Shown: positions 8,753 to 17,379, counted from the stretch's first letter. The stretch: 24,890 nt of DNA from Candidatus Thorarchaeota archaeon (GCA_048882385.1 JBHLRQ010000037.1:1-24890); one strand, 5' to 3'. The notes: generated from the sequence alone by a model not told the origin. Made by a program: numbers and translations.

Positions 8753-8826
8753 TCGTCTGGGTCATCTATAAAGCAACCGAATGAAACTTAGCAGACATCT
8801 TGAAATAGAGAATTGGTGAATACACC

Positions 8827-9624
8827 ATGAGACTTGCAGTTGGGCAGATGAATCCACAGATTGATAATCCTGAAGAGAATATATCGCGAGTCAAGAATCT
8901 TCTCCAAGAAGCAGCTAGTAATGAGATTGAAGTTCTAGTTCTGCCAGAGCTTTGTAACTCAGGATATGTTTTTGCTAATATAGAGGAAGCAGAAGCTTCA
9001 GCGGAAATTATCCCTAAAGGTCCATTGTCATCTGTACTGTTGGAATGGTCGAAGAAAGAACGAATGGTTGTTGCAGGGTTCTGCGAAAAAACTGATGATG
9101 GATTGTATAACTCAGCAGGAGTCTTTGCAAATGGCAAACATGTTACTACTTATCGCAAGATCCATCTTTTCTTGAATGAGAAATCATGGTTCATTCCTGG
9201 AAGCGATGAACCTCCCGTTGTTGAGTTCAATGGAAATAACTTTGGAGTGATGATCTGTTTCGATTGGATCTTTCCTGAAGTTGCTAGAGTTCTCACACTG
9301 AAAGGATCGCAGGTCATCCTACATCCGGCGAATCTTGTACTTCCTTACTGCCAAGATGCTATGGTAACGAGATCAATTGAAAACAATATCTTCACAGCAA
9401 CAGCAAACCGTATTGGCGTTGAGAGAGAGATTGTATTCTCAGGTCATTCTCAAATTACTAATCCAAAGGGCAAACGACTTGTCACCCTAGATGGAAGAGA
9501 GATTGGAATCGCATGGAGTGAAATTGATACCTCACTTGCAGATGACAAGATGATTACCAAACGTAATCACATCATAAATGATCGTCGGGTAGAACTCTAT
9601 TCAAGACTCACGCAGAACGATTGA
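8827..9624 (+). CDS. Carbon-nitrogen hydrolase (nitrilase/amidase superfamily)
   Basis: Catalytic E-K-C triad motifs LPEL, YRKIHLF, MICFDW; ANRIG and GHSQI. Confidence 0.92.
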   Translation: MRLAVGQMNPQIDNPEENISRVKNLLQEAASNEIEVLVLPELCNSGYVFANIEEAEASAEIIPKGPLSSVLLEWSKKERMVVAGFCEKTDDGLYNSAGVFANGKHVTTYRKIHLFLNEKSWFIPGSDEPPVVEFNGNNFGVMICFDWIFPEVARVLTLKGSQVILHPANLVLPYCQDAMVTRSIENNIFTATANRIGVEREIVFSGHSQITNPKGKRLVTLDGREIGIAWSEIDTSLADDKMITKRNHIINDRRVELYSRLTQND

Positions 9625-9979
9625 GTTTGCTTGGTGCTTTTCCTTTCCACTCGTCAACGGGGTATTTCTCGATATTCTTCTTCATTTTCTGAACAACGGC
9701 TTCTGCAGGGTCAATTCCAGCTCTGTCACAGATACGGAGAAGATATACAAGAACATCTGCAATCTCCTCAGTAAGAAGGGATTTGAACTCCTCACTCCTT
9801 ATCGCAACCTCAACATCCTCGTCTGTCTTCCATTGAAACAGTTCAAGAAGTTCACCCATCTCAATCGATGCTGAAACAGCAAGAGCCGCTGGTTTGTTAT
9901 ATTGCTCCCAGTCTCTCTCACGCACGAACCTTCTGATGAGGTCTATTAGCTCATCTAATGTTGGTTCTCTTTCACCCAT
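9608..9979 (-). CDS. MazG-like nucleoside triphosphate pyrophosphohydrolase (DCTPP1/RS21-C6 type)
   Basis: RDWEQY, EMGELLELFQW, EEIADVLVYL, KNIEKYP; ATG 9979 follows AGGTG (track start is GTG 9988). Confidence 0.88.
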   Translation of the reverse strand: MGEREPTLDELIDLIRRFVRERDWEQYNKPAALAVSASIEMGELLELFQWKTDEDVEVAIRSEEFKSLLTEEIADVLVYLLRICDRAGIDPAEAVVQKMKKNIEKYPVDEWKGKAPSKLNRSA

Positions 9980-9994
9980 CACGGGCACCTGTTT

Positions 9995-10582
9995 TCATTG
10001 TCTGGGTCCGCCAAAGCTCTTTTGAACCATCCAGAGTGTATAGATCGAGAAGACCACTAGCACCATTACAAGACTGATTAGAGGAGTGGCAATCCCTGGA
10101 ATAATAGACTGGAACGATATCACCCAGCTAATCGAATCGAGGACACCAACGACACCACAAATCAAAACCACGACCAAATTGGTAATGCCAGCCCATCGAA
10201 GCCAACCCTTGGCACCTCGTCCCTTTTCCCAAGTTACTATAGAATAAGAAACAGCGACACCACATAGGATGATGAGTAAGTAAACAGCCAGAAGGAAATA
10301 GCGATTAGCACCATCCCAAAGGATTGGAGGTGCAAAGACAACAACAAATCCAACCAACATTAGGAAGAATGTGGTAGTTGGCCATGGGTCATCAGCAAAT
10401 TTGGAGAGTCTACTTGCTTGATCTAAATCATAGCGAGAATCATAGCCTTCATCATCTTCATAATCCTCGTCAGGAAAATCATCCTCTTCTTCCTCCTCTT
10501 CCTCTATTTCTTCCTCTTCATAGTCTTCGTCTTCGTCTTCGTAGTCTTCATCTTCGAAGAACGTGTCATCGTCGCTATACAT
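9995..10582 (-). CDS. Hypothetical membrane protein with a highly acidic N-terminal tail and 4 TM helices
   Basis: Start re-placed at ATG 10582 (GAGGA upstream); the longer track ORF would overlap the divergent TPR gene. About 45 aa of D/E tract, then four hydrophobic segments. Confidence 0.8.
   Translation of the reverse strand: MYSDDDTFFEDEDYEDEDEDYEEEEIEEEEEEEDDFPDEDYEDDEGYDSRYDLDQASRLSKFADDPWPTTTFFLMLVGFVVVFAPPILWDGANRYFLLAVYLLIILCGVAVSYSIVTWEKGRGAKGWLRWAGITNLVVVLICGVVGVLDSISWVISFQSIIPGIATPLISLVMVLVVFSIYTLWMVQKSFGGPRQ
10443..10573 (-). repeat. Low-complexity coding tract (GAA/GAG/GAC/GAT codons) encoding poly-D/E with recurring EDYE units
   Basis: Plus strand reads as imperfect (TCT/TCG/TCA/TCC)n, e.g. 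tcttcgtcttcgtcttcgtagtcttcatcttcg. Confidence 0.7.
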
Positions 10583-10708
10583 TGGAGTTTCCTCAAGGTT
10601 GCAGATGGATTGGAGAGTTAGCGGCACTGTTAAAATCCTTGCGTCTGGCGAAATCTTAGTACATCTGACCGAAGAATGATTAAAACTAGATAAGAATGAA
10701 AACATACT

Positions 10709-11302
10709 ATGTCGCAAGATCAACAAACTATAGAACAATTGCTTTCGAAAGCACGTTCTTTTAAACAACAGGGGCAGAACAAGAAAGCAATTGCTGAATA
10801 TAGAAAAGCGCTTCAAATAACACCTGAGAATCTTGATGCTCTAAACGAAATGGGATTGACACACATCCATATAGGAGAGCAAAATGAAGCGATCATTGCA
10901 TTTGATCTAGCGATAAGTTTTGCACCTAATGATACCAGAGGACATGCCAACAAGGTTGAAGCATACCTCACACTTGGATCGTTTGAGGAAGCAAATGCAA
11001 CCGCAGATACAGGACTTGAGCTTATTCCGGATAGTTCTGAACTCTGGGCAAAGAAAGCTCGAGCTCTTGAGAGTCTATTAAAGATCGATGAAGCTATTGA
11101 AGCATATAACAAAGCTCTCACATACGATTCTAACAATCCGGAAACATGGAAAGCTCTTGCTCTATGTTTCGATGCTCAAGAAAACTGGGCTGCTGTCGCA
11201 CGATCTTATAGAATTGCCGCAGGCCTTCACGAGAAACGTGGTGAGAATCGAGATGCTGAGAGTTGCATTAAATTCGCTGAGATGGCTGAAAAATCGGAGT
11301 GA
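10709..11302 (+). CDS. TPR-repeat protein
   Basis: About 5 canonical TPRs (AIAEYRKALQITPEN, AIEAYNKALTYDSNNPETW). Confidence 0.9.
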   Translation: MSQDQQTIEQLLSKARSFKQQGQNKKAIAEYRKALQITPENLDALNEMGLTHIHIGEQNEAIIAFDLAISFAPNDTRGHANKVEAYLTLGSFEEANATADTGLELIPDSSELWAKKARALESLLKIDEAIEAYNKALTYDSNNPETWKALALCFDAQENWAAVARSYRIAAGLHEKRGENRDAESCIKFAEMAEKSE

Positions 11303-11335
11303 AAAGAAAGAGTAAAGGTCCCATTGTGGGACCTT
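11300..11335 (-). terminator. Hairpin plus U-rich tract between convergent genes
   Basis: AAGGTCCCA-TTG-TGGGACCTT (11315-11335), perfect 9-bp stem; followed on the minus strand by TACTCTTTCTTTTC. Confidence 0.7.
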
Positions 11336-11341
11336 GTTGAA

Positions 11342-12985
11342 CTATCGTCGTTTCTTTAGACAGATTCCCGCTATAACAGCAATGACTGCAATTGCGATGT
11401 ATGGTAGTAGATCAGCTAGGGTAGAATCAATTGGGGGAGATGTTGGCGTAGTTGTCGTTGTAGGAGTTGTGATTACGGAACCAATCGAGTCACGAACTCT
11501 TATCACCATCGGTAAACTAACATGAGTTACTCCACCTGCTACGACAGTGGCTTGGACTGTAATGTTTGTACCATCAGCTTGAGGTGAGATTACATAGAAG
11601 TAGTTCTCTGGATCGTCCTCAGATGAATCAAACACATTAGCAGTGATAGTATGGTTATTCCAACTTCCAGCACCAATCTTAACACCAAGACTGACATCGG
11701 TAACACCAGTTGAATAGAGCGGGTGTGTATACACAGTCACGTTGATCTCAGAAGAACTGGTTGGGATGTTGGGATCCCAGTATAGATTTACGTCGTTGAT
11801 GTGGTCAAAGTCAGCAATACCCCAATCATAATCAAAGACTTCCTGATACCAACGAGTAATATCCTCATTCTCTATGATGACACCTGCCTCTCGATTGTTC
11901 TCTATGCTGTTGTCACTATAATTGATGCTACTGATCAGAACGATACGGCCATCAACAATGATTCCTTTGTTGTGATTGGCTGAAAACCAACGTGTATCCT
12001 GCCAAACTATCGGAATGTTATGTTGACGAAATAGGGTTGCAACCTCTTCAAAGTCGTAATCCTCCTCAGAGATAACACGAACGGTTACACCTCGGTTCTT
12101 TGCTGCTATTATTGCATCAAGAATACTCTCAACGCTTCCAGTTTCATTCCAGTTTGTAAAGTACGGAATCTGAATGTCAAGCGTGACTTGGGCTGCATTG
12201 ATACAGTAGAGTATCCCTTGAAGACTTGTATCAGGGCTGAATATCGGCGTTACATTCATAGGTCCTGAAAACTTACCAGGCGTAGCAAATGGTCGTGAAT
12301 ATGTACTGCCAGTTTCTGTGTAGGAGAGAGGAGCGCCTGTACCGTGAGCGCCAGCGTCATAGACAATTCCATTGCTCCAATCGTAGTCAAAGACATCTCT
12401 ATAGTACTGTGTAACTTCCGTATCAGTCATTGCAATACTCCACTCACGGTTAGCTATCTTATTATCCTCAGGAAAGCTGGTCTTTGCCCAGTTACCAGAA
12501 TGGACAATAGTGGTTTTGTTGTCAATGATAACGAACTTCTGATGTGCATAATTGAATTCTGAATCACTTGTCCATCGAACGGGATAGCCAAGCAAGGTTA
12601 GATTGTTGGCAACGTAGTCATTGGGACTGGTGTAGCCAAGACTGTTCCAACCTATGAGAAACTTCATCTCTAGAGTAGGTTTGGTGGTATGCAGTTCGTG
12701 AATCAGGTCGAGGATGTATGGATTGTTGATACCATAAATCTCAACGTAGATGCTTTCTGTTGCTGAATTAAGGAAATGCCAGAGTGTGTCATGGCTTCCA
12801 TCAGGGGACACAAAGGTTGTAACATTCATGTTCTTGTTGAATGTCTGCCACGTGAAAGCCGATGGAAAGTATTCCTTTTGTGGAGGGTCTATTGATGCTA
12901 CTGGGGATATAAGAAGTGGTAGAAATCCGGAGAGCATTAATGCGACCATGAGTAAACTTACTGTTTTGTGGTGGTTAATCCTCAA
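11342..12985 (-). CDS. Secreted, membrane-anchored phospholipase D superfamily protein (two HKD motifs)
   Basis: Signal peptide, HQKFVIID and HNKGIIVD motifs, NREWS/NREAG, beta-rich C-domain, T/P linker, C-terminal TM and KKRR; TTG start after GGGAGG. Confidence 0.88.
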   Translation of the reverse strand: MRINHHKTVSLLMVALMLSGFLPLLISPVASIDPPQKEYFPSAFTWQTFNKNMNVTTFVSPDGSHDTLWHFLNSATESIYVEIYGINNPYILDLIHELHTTKPTLEMKFLIGWNSLGYTSPNDYVANNLTLLGYPVRWTSDSEFNYAHQKFVIIDNKTTIVHSGNWAKTSFPEDNKIANREWSIAMTDTEVTQYYRDVFDYDWSNGIVYDAGAHGTGAPLSYTETGSTYSRPFATPGKFSGPMNVTPIFSPDTSLQGILYCINAAQVTLDIQIPYFTNWNETGSVESILDAIIAAKNRGVTVRVISEEDYDFEEVATLFRQHNIPIVWQDTRWFSANHNKGIIVDGRIVLISSINYSDNSIENNREAGVIIENEDITRWYQEVFDYDWGIADFDHINDVNLYWDPNIPTSSSEINVTVYTHPLYSTGVTDVSLGVKIGAGSWNNHTITANVFDSSEDDPENYFYVISPQADGTNITVQATVVAGGVTHVSLPMVIRVRDSIGSVITTPTTTTTPTSPPIDSTLADLLPYIAIAVIAVIAGICLKKRR

Positions 12986-13075
12986 AGTAAAAGTCCTCCC
13001 GACTTATCTGTCATCAATCTGTCAGACTGAAGAACTTATACCTTCCCTTGTAGTAAAATTTCAAAGTAGACGGAG

Positions 13076-13342
13076 ATGATGACAACGAAACTATTCTATC
13101 GAGTCAAACCTGAAGATTATCACGCTTGTTTTGACAAGATCAGAGAGAGGTTTGGTATGCATGAAGAAGTCGATGAAGCTAGGACAATACTCATGTTGGA
13201 AGATAATTCACAGATTGAGAGAGTCATTGGCTCATTTGATCCGAACACAGACGAAACGGCTCATGTGAGAATAGTAATTGCTGACGAATCTTTGAAAGAG
13301 TTCTTTGATTCAGTTCTTGGAACTCCTTACAAAGTCAAGTAG
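13076..13342 (+). CDS. Small hypothetical alpha/beta protein (88 aa)
   Basis: Fills the gap, has globular composition, and TATA-like CTTATA lies about 35 nt upstream; no recognisable motif. Confidence 0.7.
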   Translation: MMTTKLFYRVKPEDYHACFDKIRERFGMHEEVDEARTILMLEDNSQIERVIGSFDPNTDETAHVRIVIADESLKEFFDSVLGTPYKVK

Positions 13343-13386
13343 ACACTTAGAAGTAACAACAGGACATTTTACCAAAGAATATCGCT

Positions 13387-13418
13387 GACAGGAACGTCTC
13401 ATTCAAGACGCTCCTGTC
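13387..13418 (-). terminator. 13-bp stem-loop downstream of the ferredoxin gene
   Basis: Minus-strand GACAGGAGCGTCT-TGAATG-AGACGTTCCTGTC; the single irregular pair is G-U only on the minus strand. The U-tract is weak. Confidence 0.55.
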
Positions 13419-13466
13419 GGACTACCCCTCACTCACATTGTAAGCTTGGGTCGCTATCAATGAGTA

Positions 13467-13646
13467 TTATTCCTCAATAGCACCCTCAGGGCAGCTATCA
13501 ACACAGGCATAACACTCGGTGCACTCGTCTGCTCGGTCAACCTGATACACAGCTTTGTCATTGACCACATATAGAGTAGGATCAACAGGACAAACATCAG
13601 CACAGGTTCCGCATGCAGTACAGTTATCGTTGACTTTCCAGATCAT
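13467..13646 (-). CDS. 2x[4Fe-4S] ferredoxin (59 aa)
   Basis: CTACGTCADVCP and CTECYACVDSCP motifs; start re-placed at ATG 13646. Confidence 0.93.
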   Translation of the reverse strand: MIWKVNDNCTACGTCADVCPVDPTLYVVNDKAVYQVDRADECTECYACVDSCPEGAIEE

Positions 13647-13708
13647 TGGAATCACTTGTCCTCGGACTTTACACTTGTCCGCACTCGATTTTTCGGATGG
13701 CAATCCCA

Positions 13709-13720
13709 TTTAAACTTCCT
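13709..13720 (-). promoter_or_regulatory. BRE/TATA of the ferredoxin gene
   Basis: Minus strand AGGAAG-TTTAAA, 63 nt upstream of ATG 13646. Confidence 0.5.
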
Positions 13721-13829
13721 TATTGAGGGGGAAGGAGAATGGACTATTCAAAACCTTCAAAAGCTCAACAAATGGGGAGCAAGAATCAGCCAAACAATTC
13801 CAAGGGAGTTATGGTAACATTCAACGACG

Positions 13830-15197
13830 GTGGCCCTATTGCAAGAAACTATTCAGAAGAAGAAGACAGGCGGCAAGTTTGGTCGGCATCTGGGTCTTGT
13901 TGGGGCAACTAACATTGGGCTTGGAGCGATGCTTGGGGGTGGCATCTATGTTATATCAGGAACAGCTGCTGGAATAATTGGACCAGCGCTCATCATAGCG
14001 TATCTTGTCACAGGAATTCTTGCTATGTTTACCGCAATCAATTATGCTGAGATTGCTAGTTCAATACCCAAGCAGGGTGGAGGATACACCTTTGCTCATG
14101 ATACACTGGGAGGGCTTCCAGCATTTCTGACTGGGTGGTTCCTGATGATTGGAAACATAGTAGCGTGTGGATTGTATGCTTTAGCTGTCGCTCACACTCT
14201 TGTTGTGTTCATTCCCCAAGGAACACAATATGTGGCGACAATTGCACTAGTAATTATCGCAATCACATTTGTAACCAATACAGTGAGTGTCAAGAGTGTT
14301 TCAGGAGTTCTTGGCATACTGAATATTGCACAGGCAGTCATCCTGTTTTCCTTTGTTGCGTTTGGACTCCTATTCATTAAGCCTGATAATCTGATACCAT
14401 TCGTAGCGGAGAACGCAGGACTCCCAGCATTCATGGCAACTGTTTCTTTCATCTACATCAGTTTCGTAGGATTCGAGCTTGTCACATCAGCTTCGGAAGA
14501 GATTAAGGATCCTGCACGAAATGTGCCTCGGGCAATATTTCTAACAGTGGTCATTGGAACTGGTGTCTATATGGCTGCATCATTAGTCATTGTGGGAGTA
14601 GTCCCATTCAATCAGGTCGCTCAAACATTCACACCAATCGCAGATGTTTTTGACGTGATGATCCCAGGAGCTTTGATTTTGGGTCTGGCAGGTATGGCAG
14701 CATCAAATTATGCCGCTTTGAATGCAACCTTCCTTGCTGGAGCAAGAATTGTATACTCAATGGGCCGTGATAGATTCCTACCAAAATCATTCGAGAGTGT
14801 AAGTAAGAAACTGAAAACTCCTATTCCAGCTTTGATACTTGTCCTCATTCTTGTCAGTCTATTTGCATTGTCAGCTGATGTTGTGTTAGTAGCTCAACTT
14901 TCAGTTTTTGGATATCTAGTTGCACAGGCAATAGTAAATTTCTCAGTCATAATTCTTCGTAGAAAGGGACTTAGTGTACCAGGTACATTCAAAGCACCTC
15001 TATTTCCTTTCTTTCCAATTGCGGGCTTTGGTTTTTGCCTATTGCTAATACCTTCACTTAATTCACTAGTCTTGCAACTTGGAGGAGGTCTGACTCTTAT
15101 CGGATTTGTTGTCTTTCTTGTCTACGGATGGCGCCGCAACAGGACCCATGTTGATATTCTAAACGGTAACAAAAGATCAGTCACTGTTCAATCGTAA
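13830..15197 (+). CDS. APC-superfamily amino acid permease
   Basis: GAMLGGGIY (TM1), YAEIASSIPKQGGGY, FVGFE...SEEIKDPARNVPRA, ARIVYSMGRD; about 12 TM. Confidence 0.93.
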   Translation: MALLQETIQKKKTGGKFGRHLGLVGATNIGLGAMLGGGIYVISGTAAGIIGPALIIAYLVTGILAMFTAINYAEIASSIPKQGGGYTFAHDTLGGLPAFLTGWFLMIGNIVACGLYALAVAHTLVVFIPQGTQYVATIALVIIAITFVTNTVSVKSVSGVLGILNIAQAVILFSFVAFGLLFIKPDNLIPFVAENAGLPAFMATVSFIYISFVGFELVTSASEEIKDPARNVPRAIFLTVVIGTGVYMAASLVIVGVVPFNQVAQTFTPIADVFDVMIPGALILGLAGMAASNYAALNATFLAGARIVYSMGRDRFLPKSFESVSKKLKTPIPALILVLILVSLFALSADVVLVAQLSVFGYLVAQAIVNFSVIILRRKGLSVPGTFKAPLFPFFPIAGFGFCLLLIPSLNSLVLQLGGGLTLIGFVVFLVYGWRRNRTHVDILNGNKRSVTVQS

Positions 15198-15420
15198 TGA
15201 AGGAAGTGTAGTCAGTCACATATTGCAGTGTGCTAACTTTGTCAACTGAGAATTCCTTGTACTCCTCAAGACTAGGAACCTCAACGAATGCAACAACATC
15301 GTAGGGTCCGTTTGACACTGAACACGCAAGTGTGACCCAATCAAACTTCTTGAGATTACTTTGAACTTGCTTCGCCCGTCCCTCTTTGACATTGATAGCA
15401 AGGAAGATTCTGACGGGCAT
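15181..15420 (-). CDS. Stand-alone Lrp/AsnC ligand-binding (RAM) domain protein
   Basis: About 79 aa beta-alpha-beta pattern with GPYDVVAFVEV; no HTH. ATG 15420 preferred. Confidence 0.8.
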   Translation of the reverse strand: MPVRIFLAINVKEGRAKQVQSNLKKFDWVTLACSVSNGPYDVVAFVEVPSLEEYKEFSVDKVSTLQYVTDYTSFITIEQ

Positions 15421-15481
15421 GATTTTCAACTCTGCGATGTAAATCAGTGAAAACGGTAGTATATCTTTTTGTCGGACCGGG

Positions 15482-17293
15482 TCAATCTATATCATCGCTA
15501 TCAAGCCAAGCTCTCAGAGCGATGGCTGCTTTTTCTGACATCCCGTCAACAGCCGCCAGTTCATTCACATCAGCTTTTTTCACGTTTTCAAAACTTCCGA
15601 ATGCCTGAAGCAATGCTGACCTCCGTTTAGGTCCTATGCCCGGTGCCTCCTCAAGAATAGAACCAGTGAACCTCTTCTCTCTCAGTTTGTGATGATATTT
15701 CTGAGCGAACCTATGAGCCTCATCACGTATCCTTTGAATCAGATGTAGTCCTTCCGATCCAATGTCCAATTCAATTCCCTGTGGCGCGTTTCTCGTAAAC
15801 AATATTTCTTCCTGCTTAGCTACAGCGACTACTGGAAGATAGTCTAGTCCAAGCTCCGTGAGAGCATCTAATGCAACATTCAGTTGTCCCTTTCCCCCAT
15901 CGATGAGGATTAGATCTGGTAACATATCCTTCCGTTCAAGAACTCCCTTGTAGCGTCGATAAACTACTTCCCTCATCATGGCATAATCATCAGGAGTTTC
16001 TTTGATACGGACTTTGAACATGCGATATCGTTTGTTGTACGGTTCGCCATTCTTGAAGACTACACAGGAACCAGTGGGATCAGTTCCCTGAATGTTAGCA
16101 ATGTCAAAGCCTTCGATACGCATAGGTGCTACGTTGAGACCTAAGGCTTCTTTTAGTTCCTTAACGCCATCATGTACAATTTCTTCTTCACTTTCACCAA
16201 GAATCAACATCTTCCGTAGAGAGCGATAGGCATTCTTGTTTGCCATCTCGACTAACTCGGATGTTCTATCATCATCTGGTGTCATTATCTGAACTGGATG
16301 ACCATTCACTTCACCGAGCCAGGTGCTCAGTTGTTTCATCTGGGGAATCTTAGTTGGAACTATGATTTGGTCTGGAAGACGAGGTATTGTGAAATAGAAC
16401 TGCTCGATAAAGGCTAGGATGACTTCTGTGTCAGGAGTGTCCAAATCTATTTCGAAATAGAAATTGTCTACACCAATCATCCGACCATTTCGAACAATTA
16501 GCATGTCAATGAGAGCAGCTTGCTCGGTACGTGATATTCCAAGAATGTCACTGTTCGACCCTTCAAAGCGAACGACCTTCTGTCGACTCATCAGAATTTC
16601 AAGGTCAGTCAATCGGTCTCTAAGTTCAGCAGCTTTTTCAAACTGCATATTTTCCGAAGCAGTATCCATCTGACCCTTCAGAGACTTTCGAAGATCATCT
16701 GGACGGCCTTCAAGGTAGTAACTCATTAGTTCTACTAGAGACCTGTACTCATCAAATGGGATGTGGTCTTCACAGGGTCCAGCGCATCTATCCAAATGAT
16801 AGTCCATACATGCCCGTTTCACTTTCTCTGGATCTTTACACATCGCTATTGGGATTAGTTTCCGAATTGTGTCTAGGAATCGCTCAAGTCGTTTTGTACT
16901 TCCATATGGTCCATAATAGGTCGCACCATCTCTCTGGGCCTCACGAGTAATCTCAAATGTGGGAAGGCGTTTGGAAAGGTCAACGCGCACCCAAGCATGC
17001 CGTTTGTCATCTTTCAGGGCTATGTTGTATTTTGGCTGATGCTTCTTGATGAGGGTTTGTTCCAAGACCAGTGCTTCGCGTTCTGTATTTGTAACGATTG
17101 TCTCGAGGTCTCTTGCAGCAAACATCATTTCGCCTAATCTTCGAAAAAGTCCAGTCTTTCTCAAGTAGGAGCTGACTCGCTTCCTAAGATACTTGGCTTT
17201 TCCAATGTATAGTATCTCTCCCTTCTCGTCTTTCCAAAGATAGACTCCTGGACTGTCAGGCAAGTCCTCTACGAGAGTTCTGAGATCAGTCAT
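15482..17293 (-). CDS. uvrC: Excinuclease ABC subunit C
   Basis: GIY-YIG (PGVYLWKD..LYIGKA), Cys-rich region, UVR domain (FEKAAELRD), RNase H-like IEGFDIAN and IDGGKGQL, HhH GIGPKRR. Confidence 0.97.
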   Translation of the reverse strand: MTDLRTLVEDLPDSPGVYLWKDEKGEILYIGKAKYLRKRVSSYLRKTGLFRRLGEMMFAARDLETIVTNTEREALVLEQTLIKKHQPKYNIALKDDKRHAWVRVDLSKRLPTFEITREAQRDGATYYGPYGSTKRLERFLDTIRKLIPIAMCKDPEKVKRACMDYHLDRCAGPCEDHIPFDEYRSLVELMSYYLEGRPDDLRKSLKGQMDTASENMQFEKAAELRDRLTDLEILMSRQKVVRFEGSNSDILGISRTEQAALIDMLIVRNGRMIGVDNFYFEIDLDTPDTEVILAFIEQFYFTIPRLPDQIIVPTKIPQMKQLSTWLGEVNGHPVQIMTPDDDRTSELVEMANKNAYRSLRKMLILGESEEEIVHDGVKELKEALGLNVAPMRIEGFDIANIQGTDPTGSCVVFKNGEPYNKRYRMFKVRIKETPDDYAMMREVVYRRYKGVLERKDMLPDLILIDGGKGQLNVALDALTELGLDYLPVVAVAKQEEILFTRNAPQGIELDIGSEGLHLIQRIRDEAHRFAQKYHHKLREKRFTGSILEEAPGIGPKRRSALLQAFGSFENVKKADVNELAAVDGMSEKAAIALRAWLDSDDID

Positions 17294-17379
17294 TGACTTC
17301 CATCCATCAGTCAGTATGTGTCTGTCCTGATAAGACTACCATAAATCAGTGATTCGGAAGGTACAACCGAGCCATCTTT

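Noticed and set aside
9608-9624. Two convergent overlaps of identical length (17 bp here and at 15181-15197) as a signal
   Set aside because: No shared sequence beyond stop-codon constraints; short convergent overlaps are common in compact archaeal genomes.
10549-10582. FFAT motif (DDDTFFEDED) in the acidic tail
   Set aside because: It deviates from EFFDAxE at the key small-residue position, and such matches arise easily in D/E tracts.
10583-10816. N-terminal 78-aa extension of the 9995..10816 track ORF
   Set aside because: It overlaps the divergent TPR gene and its promoter, and an SD-like GAGGA precedes ATG 10582.
13387-13418. Hairpin as a SECIS element (some Asgard archaea use selenocysteine)
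   Set aside because: Neither flanking gene has an in-frame TGA (ferredoxin has all eight Cys and ends in TAA), and the stem lacks a GA/GA kink-turn or GAA/A internal loop.
13663-13681. Iron-responsive element (IRE) in the ferredoxin leader
   Set aside because: The loop is AAGUGUAAA rather than CAGUGN and there is no bulged C; the resemblance is superficial.
13647-13709. 21-aa N-terminal extension of ferredoxin
   Set aside because: Its ATG overlaps the predicted TATA box; the 59-aa product is the normal size.
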